Part shown: positions 23,455-33,128 of the stretch, piece by piece | Position numbering within the stretch: position 1 is the stretch's first letter | Layout of the letters: each line of letters begins with the position of its first letter | Origin: Vulcanimicrobiota bacterium | Lineage (GTDB): Bacteria; Vulcanimicrobiota; Xenobia; Xenobiales; JADMJV01 | Length of the DNA: 64,000 bases | NCBI GenBank assembly: GCA_050250895.1 | Contig: JBFWNU010000001.1 | Coordinates: 160,001 to 224,000, forward strand | Direction: 5' to 3' | Notes under the pieces: model-generated | The model's input: the letters and a program-made list of their open reading frames with translations, nothing else | The model's database searches: none | What the model was told of the DNA's origin: nothing | Position numbers and translations under genes: made by a program

Positions 23455-24161
23455 ACGATGCGACCGGGGAAGACGGCGACTTCTGAGCCCACGGCAAAGC
23501 ATACCGAGCGCGGCTCGAGGTGGTCGATGAAGGTCCATTCGGGGCCATAGACCTTGCCGCACTCGAAACGCACCTGATAGTCGAGCACAGGGCGCACCAG
23601 CCAGGCAGGATGGAGCACCTTGTATTCCAGGGTGCGCCCCTGGTGGTCGCGGCCATAGCCCCACTTGTGTTCTTTGAAAAAGTGCTCTTCGCTGTCAGCC
23701 TCGGGCATGGAGCGTTCGGGTCCCACGGTCAGGCGCAGCACGTGGGCGGCGTCGGCCCAGCGCAAGCGGGTTTCGAACTCTTCGGTGTCGGCCCGGCGGC
23801 TGGTAAACCGGTGCAGTTCGGCGGCCAGGTAAGGCTCGTTGTAGAGGGCTCGGGCGATCCAACAGGGCAATCGCTGGGGGATGAACTCGCGGATGAAGCA
23901 AACGCCTCGGCGGTGGCCTCGGCGCACGTAAAAGCGCAGGTTCAGCTCGGGAAAATTGCGATAGCCGGGCCAGCCGACCCCCATGACGCGGGTGTCGAGA
24001 AAATCGAAGGCCACCAGCGAGAGAAAGGCTTTGCCCTCCGAGGCTTCGAGTTCGCAACCCGCCGGAGTGAAAGGCAGCAAGCGCTCTTGCTCGACCTCGT
24101 AGTTGAACAGACAGAGGTTGGCCCAGCGGGCGGTCAAAAACGGTTTTCTAAGATCGAACAA
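23451..24161 (-). CDS. DUF2071/YqjF family protein
   Basis: FLTARWANL, SLVAFDFLDTRV, FPELNLRFYVR, FFKEHKWGY. Confidence 0.8.
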   Translation of the reverse strand: MFDLRKPFLTARWANLCLFNYEVEQERLLPFTPAGCELEASEGKAFLSLVAFDFLDTRVMGVGWPGYRNFPELNLRFYVRRGHRRGVCFIREFIPQRLPCWIARALYNEPYLAAELHRFTSRRADTEEFETRLRWADAAHVLRLTVGPERSMPEADSEEHFFKEHKWGYGRDHQGRTLEYKVLHPAWLVRPVLDYQVRFECGKVYGPEWTFIDHLEPRSVCFAVGSEVAVFPGRIV

Positions 24162-25176
24162 GCTCGTCTCCCTCTACGGCGATGGGCCGTTCGGTGAATT
24201 TCTCGGCCACATAGATGTTCGCCAGGGTGTGGGGACTGACCACCTGGCAGCCGATCCGGCCGCCAGCCAGAGCCAGCAGCGGCACCAGGTTATCGGCCAG
24301 GTTTTCTTCCACGGGAGCGGGCTGCTCCAGGCGTTCGCGAAAGGCGACGGCGGCCTTGATGCCGACCCGTTCCGCCGGCACCCCGCGCTCGCCCAGGCGG
24401 TCGGCACCCAGTCGAAGCGGCCAGTCGGTCTCGGGGCCTTCGGCCCAGATGGTCACCACCGATCCGGTGGAACGGCTTTTGACCGCCTCGAAGGTGGCCT
24501 GGGGGGAGAGGTCCGCTAGCTGGTTGCAGACCGAACTCGCCTGGCGCCGGGCCACCTCGCGCTCTTCGAGATCGGCCGACGAAACCGAGTGAACGCGGAT
24601 GCGCGTCGGGACCAGGGCTCTGGTGAGGTCAAGCGGGGGCAGCTGCACTGCCTGCCAACTGGCAAACCGTCCCTCGACCTGGCACTCGAGCACCCCCTTG
24701 CCTTTGGGAAAGAAGCCGCGGGGGCCGACATGCTCGCGAATCGAGCCTAGAGCCCGGAAGTAGGGCAACACCACCTGGCTCATGTAGTCGGCCGGGGGCG
24801 ACCACGACACATCGGTGCCCCCGACCAGCCGCAGCTCGACCCGACCCCCGGCGAAGAGCGCCGGTAGCATGGCCGCCTGGAGCAAAAGCGTGACCGAGCC
24901 GGCCGTACCCACGTCGAGGCCATAGCGCCCGGGGACCAGGCGGCCGGGACGAAAGGTCAGGCTGGTCGAGCCTGGATGCGCTCCCTCCACCTGGGCCGAG
25001 CACATCGAGCCTACCAATTCCACCGCTGCCAGGTGTTGGGCTTTGAGGCCGGGCGGTTTGCGACCAGCTCGAATCTTGTCGATGCAAAACGGTTTGCCGG
25101 TGATGGCCGAAAAAGCCAGCGAGCTGCGCAAAATCTGGCCGCCGCCCTCCTGGTATTGGCCATCGATCGCGATCAC
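24148..25176 (-). CDS. rtcA: RNA 3'-terminal phosphate cyclase
   Basis: EGGGQILRSSL, IRAGRKPPGLKAQH, TAGSVTLLLQ, GGTDV, RGFFPKG, SPHTLAN. Confidence 0.93.
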   Translation of the reverse strand: MIAIDGQYQEGGGQILRSSLAFSAITGKPFCIDKIRAGRKPPGLKAQHLAAVELVGSMCSAQVEGAHPGSTSLTFRPGRLVPGRYGLDVGTAGSVTLLLQAAMLPALFAGGRVELRLVGGTDVSWSPPADYMSQVVLPYFRALGSIREHVGPRGFFPKGKGVLECQVEGRFASWQAVQLPPLDLTRALVPTRIRVHSVSSADLEEREVARRQASSVCNQLADLSPQATFEAVKSRSTGSVVTIWAEGPETDWPLRLGADRLGERGVPAERVGIKAAVAFRERLEQPAPVEENLADNLVPLLALAGGRIGCQVVSPHTLANIYVAEKFTERPIAVEGDELVRS

Positions 25177-26114
25177 GACGAGAGAAGCTTGGAGTAATAT
25201 TCGGCCGTGCGCTGGATGCCTTCCTCGAGGTCGACCTTGGCCTCGAAGCTGAGCATACGCCGGGCTTTCTCGACGCTGGGAACGCGCAACTCGATGTCGG
25301 CGCTGCGGCGAGGCTCGAAAACAATCTTGGATTTAGAGTTGAGCACCCTGATGACGGTATTGGCCAGCCCGTAAATGGTCACCACAGCCCGGGCATTGCC
25401 GATATTGAACGACTCGCCCAGGGCGTCGGGACTCTCCAATACCAGCTCGAGGGCGCGCACGAAGTCATCGATGTAGCACCACGCCCGAATCTGGTTGCCC
25501 TCGCCATAGATGGTGAGATCCTGGTCGCGAAGAGCCCGCTTGATGAAGATCTGCAGCGCTCCTTCGCCCACCTGCCCGGGGCCATAGACATTGAAAGGGC
25601 GCACCGTCACCGTGCCCAGCCGATGCTCCTTCCAGTAGGCCTGGGCCAGGTGCTCGCCCGCCAACTTGCTGACCGCATAGCACCAGCGGGCCTCCCCCGC
25701 CGAACCGGTGACGGCGTTGTCTTCTTCGCTAGCCCCGAAGGCGGTGTTGCCGAACACTTCTGAGGTCGAAAAGTTGAGCACTCGCTCGATGGTGCCTGCT
25801 CGCCGGCTGGCCTCGAGCACATTGGAGGCTCCCACCAGGTTGACGCGCAGGGTCGAAGACGGGCTTTTGAGCACCGTATCGATACCGGCAATGGCGGCAC
25901 AGTGAACCACCATACAGCAGCCCTCGACGGCCCGCTCGACGGCCGGCAGGTCGAGCACGTCGCCCTCGATCACCTCGCGTTGCTCGGTCTCTTCGAGGCG
26001 GGTTCCACGAAAGAAGTTATCGAAGACTCGGACCTTATAGCCCTTGCCCGTCAAAAGGCTCCCCAGGGCACCGCCCACAAAGCCAGCTCCGCCGGTGATC
26101 AAGACTTTCTTCAT
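25173..26114 (-). CDS. NAD-dependent epimerase/dehydratase (extended SDR)
   Basis: ITGGAGFVG, STSEVFG, YAVSK, RPFNVYGPG. Confidence 0.92.
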   Translation of the reverse strand: MKKVLITGGAGFVGGALGSLLTGKGYKVRVFDNFFRGTRLEETEQREVIEGDVLDLPAVERAVEGCCMVVHCAAIAGIDTVLKSPSSTLRVNLVGASNVLEASRRAGTIERVLNFSTSEVFGNTAFGASEEDNAVTGSAGEARWCYAVSKLAGEHLAQAYWKEHRLGTVTVRPFNVYGPGQVGEGALQIFIKRALRDQDLTIYGEGNQIRAWCYIDDFVRALELVLESPDALGESFNIGNARAVVTIYGLANTVIRVLNSKSKIVFEPRRSADIELRVPSVEKARRMLSFEAKVDLEEGIQRTAEYYSKLLSS

Positions 26115-26151
26115 GCCTTGTGATTGTCAGATGCCCCAGAAAAACCCTGCC

Positions 26152-26180
26152 TTGTCTGGCTCGCCCCCTAGCCGTATACT
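26152..26180 (+). promoter_or_regulatory. Sigma70-type promoter, likely leaderless transcript
   Basis: TTGTCT-17 nt-TATACT, 8 nt before ATG 26189. Confidence 0.6.
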
Positions 26181-26188
26181 GGCCCCGG

Positions 26189-27063
26189 ATGAAGCAATAT
26201 CTATCATCGTCAGAGGCGGCTCAGGCGCTGGGAGTCAGTCGCAGCACCCTGTTGCGCTGGTTTCGTGAGGGGCGCATCAGCCAGGCCACGCGCGACCATC
26301 GCGGTTGGCGGCGCTTTCATCGCGCCGACATCGACCGCATCCGGCGCGAACTGGGCGAGGAGGTGGCCCATCAAGAACCGCCCGAAGAGCGCAAGCGCCG
26401 CGAGCGAATGCGCACCTACCTCCGGCGGGTGCCGGCTTTTCGCCGGTTGCCCGAAGACGTGCTCGACGAACTGGCCCGCTGTGCACGCTTTCACGGACTC
26501 TTGGCCGGCCAGAGATTGTTTTCCCCTGGCGACCACTCGCGCGGCCTGCACATCCTGGTCAAGGGTAAAGTCCGCACCTTCCGCACCTCACACGAGGGCC
26601 GCGAGCAGACCCTGGCGGTGGAGGTCCCCTTTCACACCCTGGGCGAGTCGGTGCTCTTTCGAACCGACGAAAAGCACTCGTCTTTTGCGATTTGTCTCGA
26701 GAGTTCCACCGTGATGATCCTGCCCATCGTGCGGGTGCGCCAGTTGACCCGCCAGCACCCTCAACTAGCCATGGCCTTTTTGCGGGAGTTCACCCGGCGC
26801 ATCGAAAATCTAGAGGAACGCATCGAGGAGCTAGCCCTTCTGAGCGTCGAACAGCGGGTGGCTCGAACGCTACTCGAGTGGTCGCGCCAGCAGGGCACCG
26901 ACGACCAGGTCGAGTTGCCCATGAGCATGGCCGAGTGGGCCTCTTTCCTGGGTGCCGCCCGAGAGAGCCTCAGTCGGGCTTTGATTCGCCTCGAACGCGA
27001 CGGGGTTCTCAGTCGCCAGGGACGCATCTTGATGATTCTAGAAAGAGAAAGCCTCGAACGCCT

Positions 27064-27067
<4 letters not shown>
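26189..27067 (+). CDS. Crp/Fnr family regulator with N-terminal MerR-type HTH
   Basis: SSEAAQALGVSRSTLLRW...RGWRRF; cNMP-like LFSPGD...GREQTL...LGE; Crp HTH ASFLGAARESLSRAL. Confidence 0.88.
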
Positions 27068-27296
<229 letters not shown>

Positions 27297-27315
<19 letters not shown>

Positions 27316-27881
27316 TAGCCCACGGCCAGGTAGCTCAGGCAAACACCCAGAGCCGCCCCCAGGTGGCGAACCGAGATGTCTTGATAAAAGACGAACTGAG
27401 CCGCTCGCCAGAGCCGATCGCGCCATGAGTAGGCAGTTCCGCTAGTGATCAGGTTGGGGAACAGGCTCAATCGAACCAGGTGAACCAGGCCGGTGCACAG
27501 CGGCACCACCATCAACACCGGCAGAAGAAGAAGGGTACCCAGCAGGCGCCGCGGGACGAACTGAAGGCCGCGACCGGTCCTCGGCGGGGTGAGGCGGTCC
27601 GGTCGCTCGCTCCAGGGGAGTCGCCCGACATGGTGACGGCAACACGGGCAACTCTGGTCCCACGGGTGGGAAGTGAGCGAGCGGGATAGATCCGAGAGTC
27701 GGATCAGGTCTCGAGTGTCGAGACCCCCTTTCTGCTCGTAGCGGTTCCACATTTCCCAGACCTCGGCCGTGCCTGCTGGGCAGCGCTCGAAGAGCAGCAG
27801 AAGCTTGTCGTGAGCCCGACAGATTCCATCGTTGGAAAGGTCGAGGGTGAGGTCATCGAGGCGAAACCGTTCACTTACCAT
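27297..27881 (-). CDS. Hypothetical membrane protein
   Basis: 194-aa ORF with CPCC and C-terminal hydrophobic segments; consensus promoter directly upstream. Confidence 0.6.
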
Positions 27882-27887
27882 GACCCT

Positions 27888-27916
27888 ATCTTACACTATT
27901 ACTGTTAAACTGTCAA
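27888..27916 (-). promoter_or_regulatory. Consensus sigma70 promoter, leaderless
   Basis: Minus strand TTGACA-17 nt-TAAGAT, 6 nt before ATG 27881. Confidence 0.75.
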
Positions 27917-27960
27917 TAATCGATAGAAGGAACCGGCGGGACCTTCCCTAACTAGGCTCG

Positions 27961-28608
27961 ATGCGCATCGAGTATTACGCTCACGCCTGCTTCTGTCTGC
28001 ACGGCAAGTCTGGAGTGAGAGTGGTCATCGACCCTTATGAGCCTTGCGTGGGCTATCCACCACCGCTGCGTCCCGCCGACCTGACGCTGGTGAGTCACGA
28101 CCATTTCGACCACAATTACGTCAGCGCGGTCACCGGGCGCACCACCGTCATTCGAGGAGCGGTGTCCCGCCAGGTGGCCGGCGTGAACATCAGTGGAGTG
28201 GTGGCCGATCACGATCCCCACGACGGTCACGATTGCGGCAAGGTGGTCTGCTTTGCCATCGAACTCGACGGCGTCAGGGTCGTGCATCTATCCGATCTGG
28301 GCCGACCCCTAACCCAAGAAGAAGCGAAGAAATTTGGGCGCGTGGATGTCTTGTTGGTGCCTTGCGGAGGCGGTCAGTCCATCGGACCGGTCGAGGCCGT
28401 GGCCACCATCGAGCAACTGCAGCCGAGCTGGGCCATCCCCATGCACTATCGCACCCCCTTCACCAACCGCGAGCTTTTTCCCGATCTGCTGCCGGTCTCG
28501 TCGTTTGTCGACAAGGCAGGACGGGTAGGCCGTTGGGGGGAGCCCTCGCGAGTTTTCGAGAACCCTGCGGGCGCGCCGGAGATATTCATCCTGCCCCACA
28601 CTTTTTGA
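27961..28608 (+). CDS. MBL-fold metallo-hydrolase
   Basis: YYAHACF, VIDPY, SHDHFDH, HLSDLG, IPMHY. Confidence 0.9.
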   Translation: MRIEYYAHACFCLHGKSGVRVVIDPYEPCVGYPPPLRPADLTLVSHDHFDHNYVSAVTGRTTVIRGAVSRQVAGVNISGVVADHDPHDGHDCGKVVCFAIELDGVRVVHLSDLGRPLTQEEAKKFGRVDVLLVPCGGGQSIGPVEAVATIEQLQPSWAIPMHYRTPFTNRELFPDLLPVSSFVDKAGRVGRWGEPSRVFENPAGAPEIFILPHTF

Positions 28609-28616
28609 GGTGAACC

Positions 28617-30188
28617 GTGAAGACCCAGATTCGAGAGCAGACCATGCAAGACAAGATCGCCCTGCTGCGTGAGAAACGCAAACAAAGCGAACTCGGTGGC
28701 GGCCAGGCCCGCATCGACGCCCAGCACAAACGCGGAAAGCTGACCGCCCTCGAGCGCTGCGAGAAGCTGTTAGACCCGGGTTCGTTTCGCCAGCTCGATC
28801 GCTTCGTAACCCACAACTGCACCGACTTTGGCATGGAGGACAAGCGCTTCCTGGGGGACGGCGTGGTCACAGGGCACGGCACCATCGACGGCCGGCTGGT
28901 CTACGTCTTTGCCCAGGATTTCACCGTGCTGGGCGGTTCGTTGGGCGACATGCACGCCCGCAAGATCTGCAAGGTGATGGACCTGGCCTTACAGAATGGC
29001 GCCCCCATCATCGGCCTCAACGACTCGGGCGGAGCCCGCATTCAAGAGGGCGTGGTAGCTCTGGGTGGCTACGCCGAAATCTTCTATCGCAATACCCTGG
29101 CCTCGGGGGTGGTGCCTCAACTGTCGGCTATTCTCGGCCCGTGTGCCGGGGGCGCCGTCTATTCTCCGGCCATCACCGACTTCATCATCATGGTGCAAGA
29201 GAAGTCGCACATGTTCATTACCGGGCCCGATGTCATCAAGACCGTCACCAACGAAGAAGTGACCTTCGAAGAGTTGGGAGGGGCCGAAACCCACGCAGGC
29301 ACTTCGGGGGTGGCTCACTTGACCGCCGAGGACGAAGACGATTGCTTCGACCAGCTCAAGCTACTGTTGTCGTTTATGCCTCAAAACAACCTCGAGCGGC
29401 CTCCGCGCAAGGCCACCAGCGACCCGGTCTCGCGCCAGAGTCCGCGCCTGGAGTCGGTCGTGCCCTCTAACCCCAACAAGCCCTACGATGTGCGCGACGT
29501 CATTACCGAAGTGGTCGACGACGGAGACTTCTTCGAAATCCACGGCGACTATGCCAAGAACATCGTGGTCGGGTTCGCTCGTCTCGACGGTGCGCCAGTG
29601 GGGGTGGTGGCCAACAATCCTCAGGTGCTGGCCGGAGTGCTCGACATCAACGCCTCGCTCAAAGGGGCCCGCTTCGTGCGTTTTTGTGACTGTTTCAACA
29701 TCCCGCTGGTGACCTTCGTGGACGTGCCTGGCTTTTTGCCCGGTGTGCAACAAGAGCACGGCGGCATCATCAAGCACGGGGCCAAGCTGCTGTATGCTTA
29801 CTGCGAGGCCACCGTGCCCAAGGTGACCGTCGTATTGCGCAAAGCCTATGGCGGGGCTTATGACGTGATGTGTTCGTCCCACATCCGGGCGGACCTCAAC
29901 CTGGGCTGGCCCACCGCCGAGATTGCCGTGATGGGCCCTCAAGGCGCCATCAACATCATCTTCCGCCACGAACTCGACCAGGCCCAGGATCCCGAGCAGC
30001 GTCGTCAGGAACTGATCGACGACTATACCGCTCGCTTCGCCTCGCCCTATGTGGCTGCCTCGCGCGGTTATCTCGACGACATCATCGAGCCGGCCCACAC
30101 CCGCACTCGCCTGATCGAAGGCCTGCGCACGCTGGAAGGCAAGAAAGTCACGACCCCCGCGCGCAAACATGGGAACATTCCCCTCTAG
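28617..30188 (+). CDS. pccB: Acyl-CoA (propionyl/methylmalonyl-CoA) carboxylase beta subunit
   Basis: [45 protein letters not shown]. Alternative start at 28644. Confidence 0.92.
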   Translation: MKTQIREQTMQDKIALLREKRKQSELGGGQARIDAQHKRGKLTALERCEKLLDPGSFRQLDRFVTHNCTDFGMEDKRFLGDGVVTGHGTIDGRLVYVFAQDFTVLGGSLGDMHARKICKVMDLALQNGAPIIGLNDSGGARIQEGVVALGGYAEIFYRNTLASGVVPQLSAILGPCAGGAVYSPAITDFIIMVQEKSHMFITGPDVIKTVTNEEVTFEELGGAETHAGTSGVAHLTAEDEDDCFDQLKLLLSFMPQNNLERPPRKATSDPVSRQSPRLESVVPSNPNKPYDVRDVITEVVDDGDFFEIHGDYAKNIVVGFARLDGAPVGVVANNPQVLAGVLDINASLKGARFVRFCDCFNIPLVTFVDVPGFLPGVQQEHGGIIKHGAKLLYAYCEATVPKVTVVLRKAYGGAYDVMCSSHIRADLNLGWPTAEIAVMGPQGAINIIFRHELDQAQDPEQRRQELIDDYTARFASPYVAASRGYLDDIIEPAHTRTRLIEGLRTLEGKKVTTPARKHGNIPL

Positions 30189-30204
30189 GTCGAACCCTTC
30201 ACCC

Positions 30205-30567
30205 ATGGCCGGTCCGAAAGTGCTGCTCATCGATGACGACCCGGCGGTGCTCAAGGTCACCCGTGATTCGCTCGAGATCCTCGGAACCTTCGAGGTGCAC
30301 ACCGCCAGCAACGGACAGCGCGGGCTCGAGTTAGCTCACGAGCTCGAGCCCGACTTCATCGTGTGCGATCTGATCATGCCAGTCGTCGACGGCCGGGAGG
30401 TCATTGCCAGGCTGCGGGCCGACGAGGCGACCCGTGACATTCCCATCCTGCTGCTCACCTCGGTCGGCGACGTGGCCCAGGCGCTGGGCATCGAAGGCGT
30501 CGAAGTGATGGACAAGCCGTTCGACCCCATGGAATTGGTGGCCCGCATCCAGGCAGCCACCAGGTGA
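30205..30567 (+). CDS. Single-domain response regulator
   Basis: VLLIDDD, CDLIMPVVDG, LLTS, KPF. Confidence 0.92.
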   Translation: MAGPKVLLIDDDPAVLKVTRDSLEILGTFEVHTASNGQRGLELAHELEPDFIVCDLIMPVVDGREVIARLRADEATRDIPILLLTSVGDVAQALGIEGVEVMDKPFDPMELVARIQAATR

Positions 30568-30636
30568 CGAAGTCTTGACGCTCCTGGTTTAGCCTGGGCC
30601 AGTGCCGCATCCCCTGCCCAAAGCTGGTGAGGCCCG

Positions 30637-31062
30637 ATGAGGATTCCCTCATGGGCTGCGGCTGATGTCCGGGCCTTTCTCGACAGCGGAAGACTGCCGG
30701 GGGGTCAGCGACAGTCGCATACCAAAGAAGTGGCCGAAGAACTCGATCAGGCCCTGGCCGGCAGCCTCGATCAGGTCCATCTGATGGACGAGTCTCCGGC
30801 CGATCTGGCCGGTGGGCAGCCTGGCCTGGTGGCCTTCAAGCGGGGCCAGTTCAAGGTTACCAGCCAGTACCAGGGCTCGGCTCAGCAGGGCTGCCTGGTG
30901 CAGTATGTCGACGCGCTCGCCCCCACTTACTTCGAGTGCCACTTCACTCCCGAGCGGGTCGACGCCATTTGGGTTGAAGATACCAGCGGCGGCCTGGTGG
31001 CTCAGGGCCTCCACCTCGACCGCCACGACCCGTCGGCTAGCTATAGCGAATTACGGGCCTGA
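30637..31062 (+). CDS. Hypothetical protein (domain shared with the N-terminus of 57222..59924)
   Basis: 141-aa ORF with colinear similarity to another protein in this window. Confidence 0.7.
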   Translation: MRIPSWAAADVRAFLDSGRLPGGQRQSHTKEVAEELDQALAGSLDQVHLMDESPADLAGGQPGLVAFKRGQFKVTSQYQGSAQQGCLVQYVDALAPTYFECHFTPERVDAIWVEDTSGGLVAQGLHLDRHDPSASYSELRA

Positions 31063-31101
31063 GGCTGGAACTTTTCCACCTCCCCGATCGTTATTAGCAG
31101 C

Positions 31102-31887
31102 GTGAACCAGACTTACTTCCGCCTGCTCGCCCTCTCGCTCTTTCTGATGGGCGTGGTGGCGGCCGGTTGGCGGGTGGCCGCCCGCGACCAGTGCTCGACC
31201 GGCACCTGCAAAGCTCCCCGCAGTCTGACCGGCGCGTTTAGCCTGGACGGCAGGCCTGCCATCGATGAAGACCCGCCCGCCAACTACCAGACTGCCACCT
31301 TCGCCATGGGCTGCTTCTGGGGCACCGAGGCCCGCTTTGGAGCCATTCCCGGAGTCATCCGGACCCGGGTGGGCTTCGGTGGAGGCACCAGCGCCAACCC
31401 GACCTACGCCAGCATCGGCGACCACGCCGAGGTGGTGCAACTCGACTTCGACCCCAACCAGATCACCTACGAGCAGCTGTTGGAGGCCTACTGGCAGGGG
31501 GTGGCGCCCACCGAAAAGCCGGGCTGGCGTCAGTACAGCAACGCCATTCTGTATCACGACCAGGGCCAGCAGCGGGCCGCGCTGGCCAGCCGGATAGCGC
31601 TCGAGCAAAAACTAGGAGCCAAAGTGACCACGGCCGTGGTGCCGGTTAACTTCACTCTAGCTGAAGACTATCACCAGAAATACTACCTGCGTCAGACTCC
31701 TCAGGTGGCCAGCGAATTCCTCAAGCTCTACCCCGCTCTCGGGGACTTTATCGACTCGACGGCCGCGGCCAGAATCAACGCCTATCTCGGTGGCTATGGC
31801 AGCCAGCAGCAATTCGAGCAGGATCTTCCCCGACTGGGTCTGTCCGAGGCGGCCCGCGAGAGTCTGCGCCGCTGGCACGACGGCTAG
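31102..31887 (+). CDS. msrA: Peptide-methionine (S)-S-oxide reductase with N-terminal signal/anchor
   Basis: FAMGCFWG, NPTY, DHAEVV, AEDYHQKYYL. Confidence 0.92.
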   Translation: MNQTYFRLLALSLFLMGVVAAGWRVAARDQCSTGTCKAPRSLTGAFSLDGRPAIDEDPPANYQTATFAMGCFWGTEARFGAIPGVIRTRVGFGGGTSANPTYASIGDHAEVVQLDFDPNQITYEQLLEAYWQGVAPTEKPGWRQYSNAILYHDQGQQRAALASRIALEQKLGAKVTTAVVPVNFTLAEDYHQKYYLRQTPQVASEFLKLYPALGDFIDSTAAARINAYLGGYGSQQQFEQDLPRLGLSEAARESLRRWHDG

Positions 31888-31925
31888 CCGGAATAGCCCA
31901 CGCCCCCTTCGCGACAGAGAGGGTC

Positions 31926-32516
31926 ATGTTCAACCTCCCCCAACCCGACGGCCTGCAGGCCACGCTGATGCTGCTCGAATCGATCCACCCCTTCGTTGCC
32001 GCTCAGGTGCTCGAAGAACTCGGTCCCGCCTGGACCGAAGCGGTCTTCTGGCAACTCTCCCAGCCTCGTCGAGAAGTCTTTGACCTGGCGGCTGTCCGCC
32101 AGCGGTTCAGCGGCAACTGCGCCCTCGATGAAGAGCCAGACCTGATCGCACGACGACTGCTGCAACTCTGGCTTCGCGAGGTTCGATTCAACCACACAGA
32201 CTCGCTCGAGACCCTGGTCCTCATGCGACCTTCGTTAGCCTTGATGAGCCCTCAATACAAAGCCTGGGTTCTGCTGACCTCGATCCCCTCCGAAGTCGCC
32301 GAGGCGGCCCTCCTGGCCGCCCCGCCAGAGGTGGCCGACTCCATTCGGACCGTGGCTCGGGGCCTTTACACCCTGACCACCAGCGAGCGAATCCGAGCCG
32401 ACTTCTTTAGCAGCCCCGGAGCGCTACTGGCGCTGTCGAATCCCGAGCAGCTGATGGCCCAGCTGCTGAGTCGTTGGTTTTTGCCGGTTGCGCTCCAGGC
32501 CTGCCTGGCGAGGTAG
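31926..32516 (+). CDS. Hypothetical protein with two FliG-N-like repeats
   Basis: Internal duplication LLESIHPFVAAQVL / LLTSIPSEVAEAAL, each followed by a P..IA..L..W segment. Confidence 0.55.
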   Translation: MFNLPQPDGLQATLMLLESIHPFVAAQVLEELGPAWTEAVFWQLSQPRREVFDLAAVRQRFSGNCALDEEPDLIARRLLQLWLREVRFNHTDSLETLVLMRPSLALMSPQYKAWVLLTSIPSEVAEAALLAAPPEVADSIRTVARGLYTLTTSERIRADFFSSPGALLALSNPEQLMAQLLSRWFLPVALQACLAR

Positions 32517-32613
32517 GTGCCGTCCGGATGCCCTGCTGGTGTCCCCGAGAAGGAGCCGGTTCGCTGGTCCTGGTCTTAGACTAGACCCAGCACTCTAAAT
32601 GATGGAGGGACTT

Positions 32614-33105
32614 ATGAAAGTCAAAACACTCGACGAGTTGTTGGTCCATGAACTCAAGGATCTGTACAACGCCGAGAACCGAATCACCAAAGCTCTGCCC
32701 AAGATGGCCGAAGCGGCCAGCGATCCCGAACTGGCTCAGGCCTTTCGCGACCACCTCGAGGAGACCCGCAACCAGGTAGCCAGGTTGGAAAGGATCTTCG
32801 CGGGCCTCGACTACGAGCCCGGCGGCCAAAAGTGCGAAGCCAGTGAGGGCCTCATCTCTGAAGGAGACGAGATCATCAAAGAACTCGATAAAGGAGCCGT
32901 GCGAGACGCCGCCCTGATCGGCGCCGCCCAGCGAGTCGAACACTACGAAATGGCCGGCTACGGGACCGCTCGCACCTATGCCCAAATCCTGGGCAAAAAA
33001 GAGGCCATGCAGTTGCTCCAAGAGACCCTCGACGAGGAAGGCGAAGCCAACAAAAAGCTCAACGCTTTGGCCCAACGCATCAATCAGAAAGCTCTCTCGG
33101 TATAA
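32614..33105 (+). CDS. Ferritin-like protein (DUF892/YciF)
   Basis: ELKDLYNAE, HLEET, AAQRVEHYEMAGYG, TLDEE; GGAGG RBS. Confidence 0.92.
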   Translation: MKVKTLDELLVHELKDLYNAENRITKALPKMAEAASDPELAQAFRDHLEETRNQVARLERIFAGLDYEPGGQKCEASEGLISEGDEIIKELDKGAVRDAALIGAAQRVEHYEMAGYGTARTYAQILGKKEAMQLLQETLDEEGEANKKLNALAQRINQKALSV

Positions 33106-33128
33106 TCCCGACGTGCCGGCGGTCTCGC

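Noticed and set aside
31300-31330. Selenocysteine in MsrA (or in the AhpD-like CxxC)
   Set aside because: The catalytic codons are TGC/TGT; there is no in-frame TGA.
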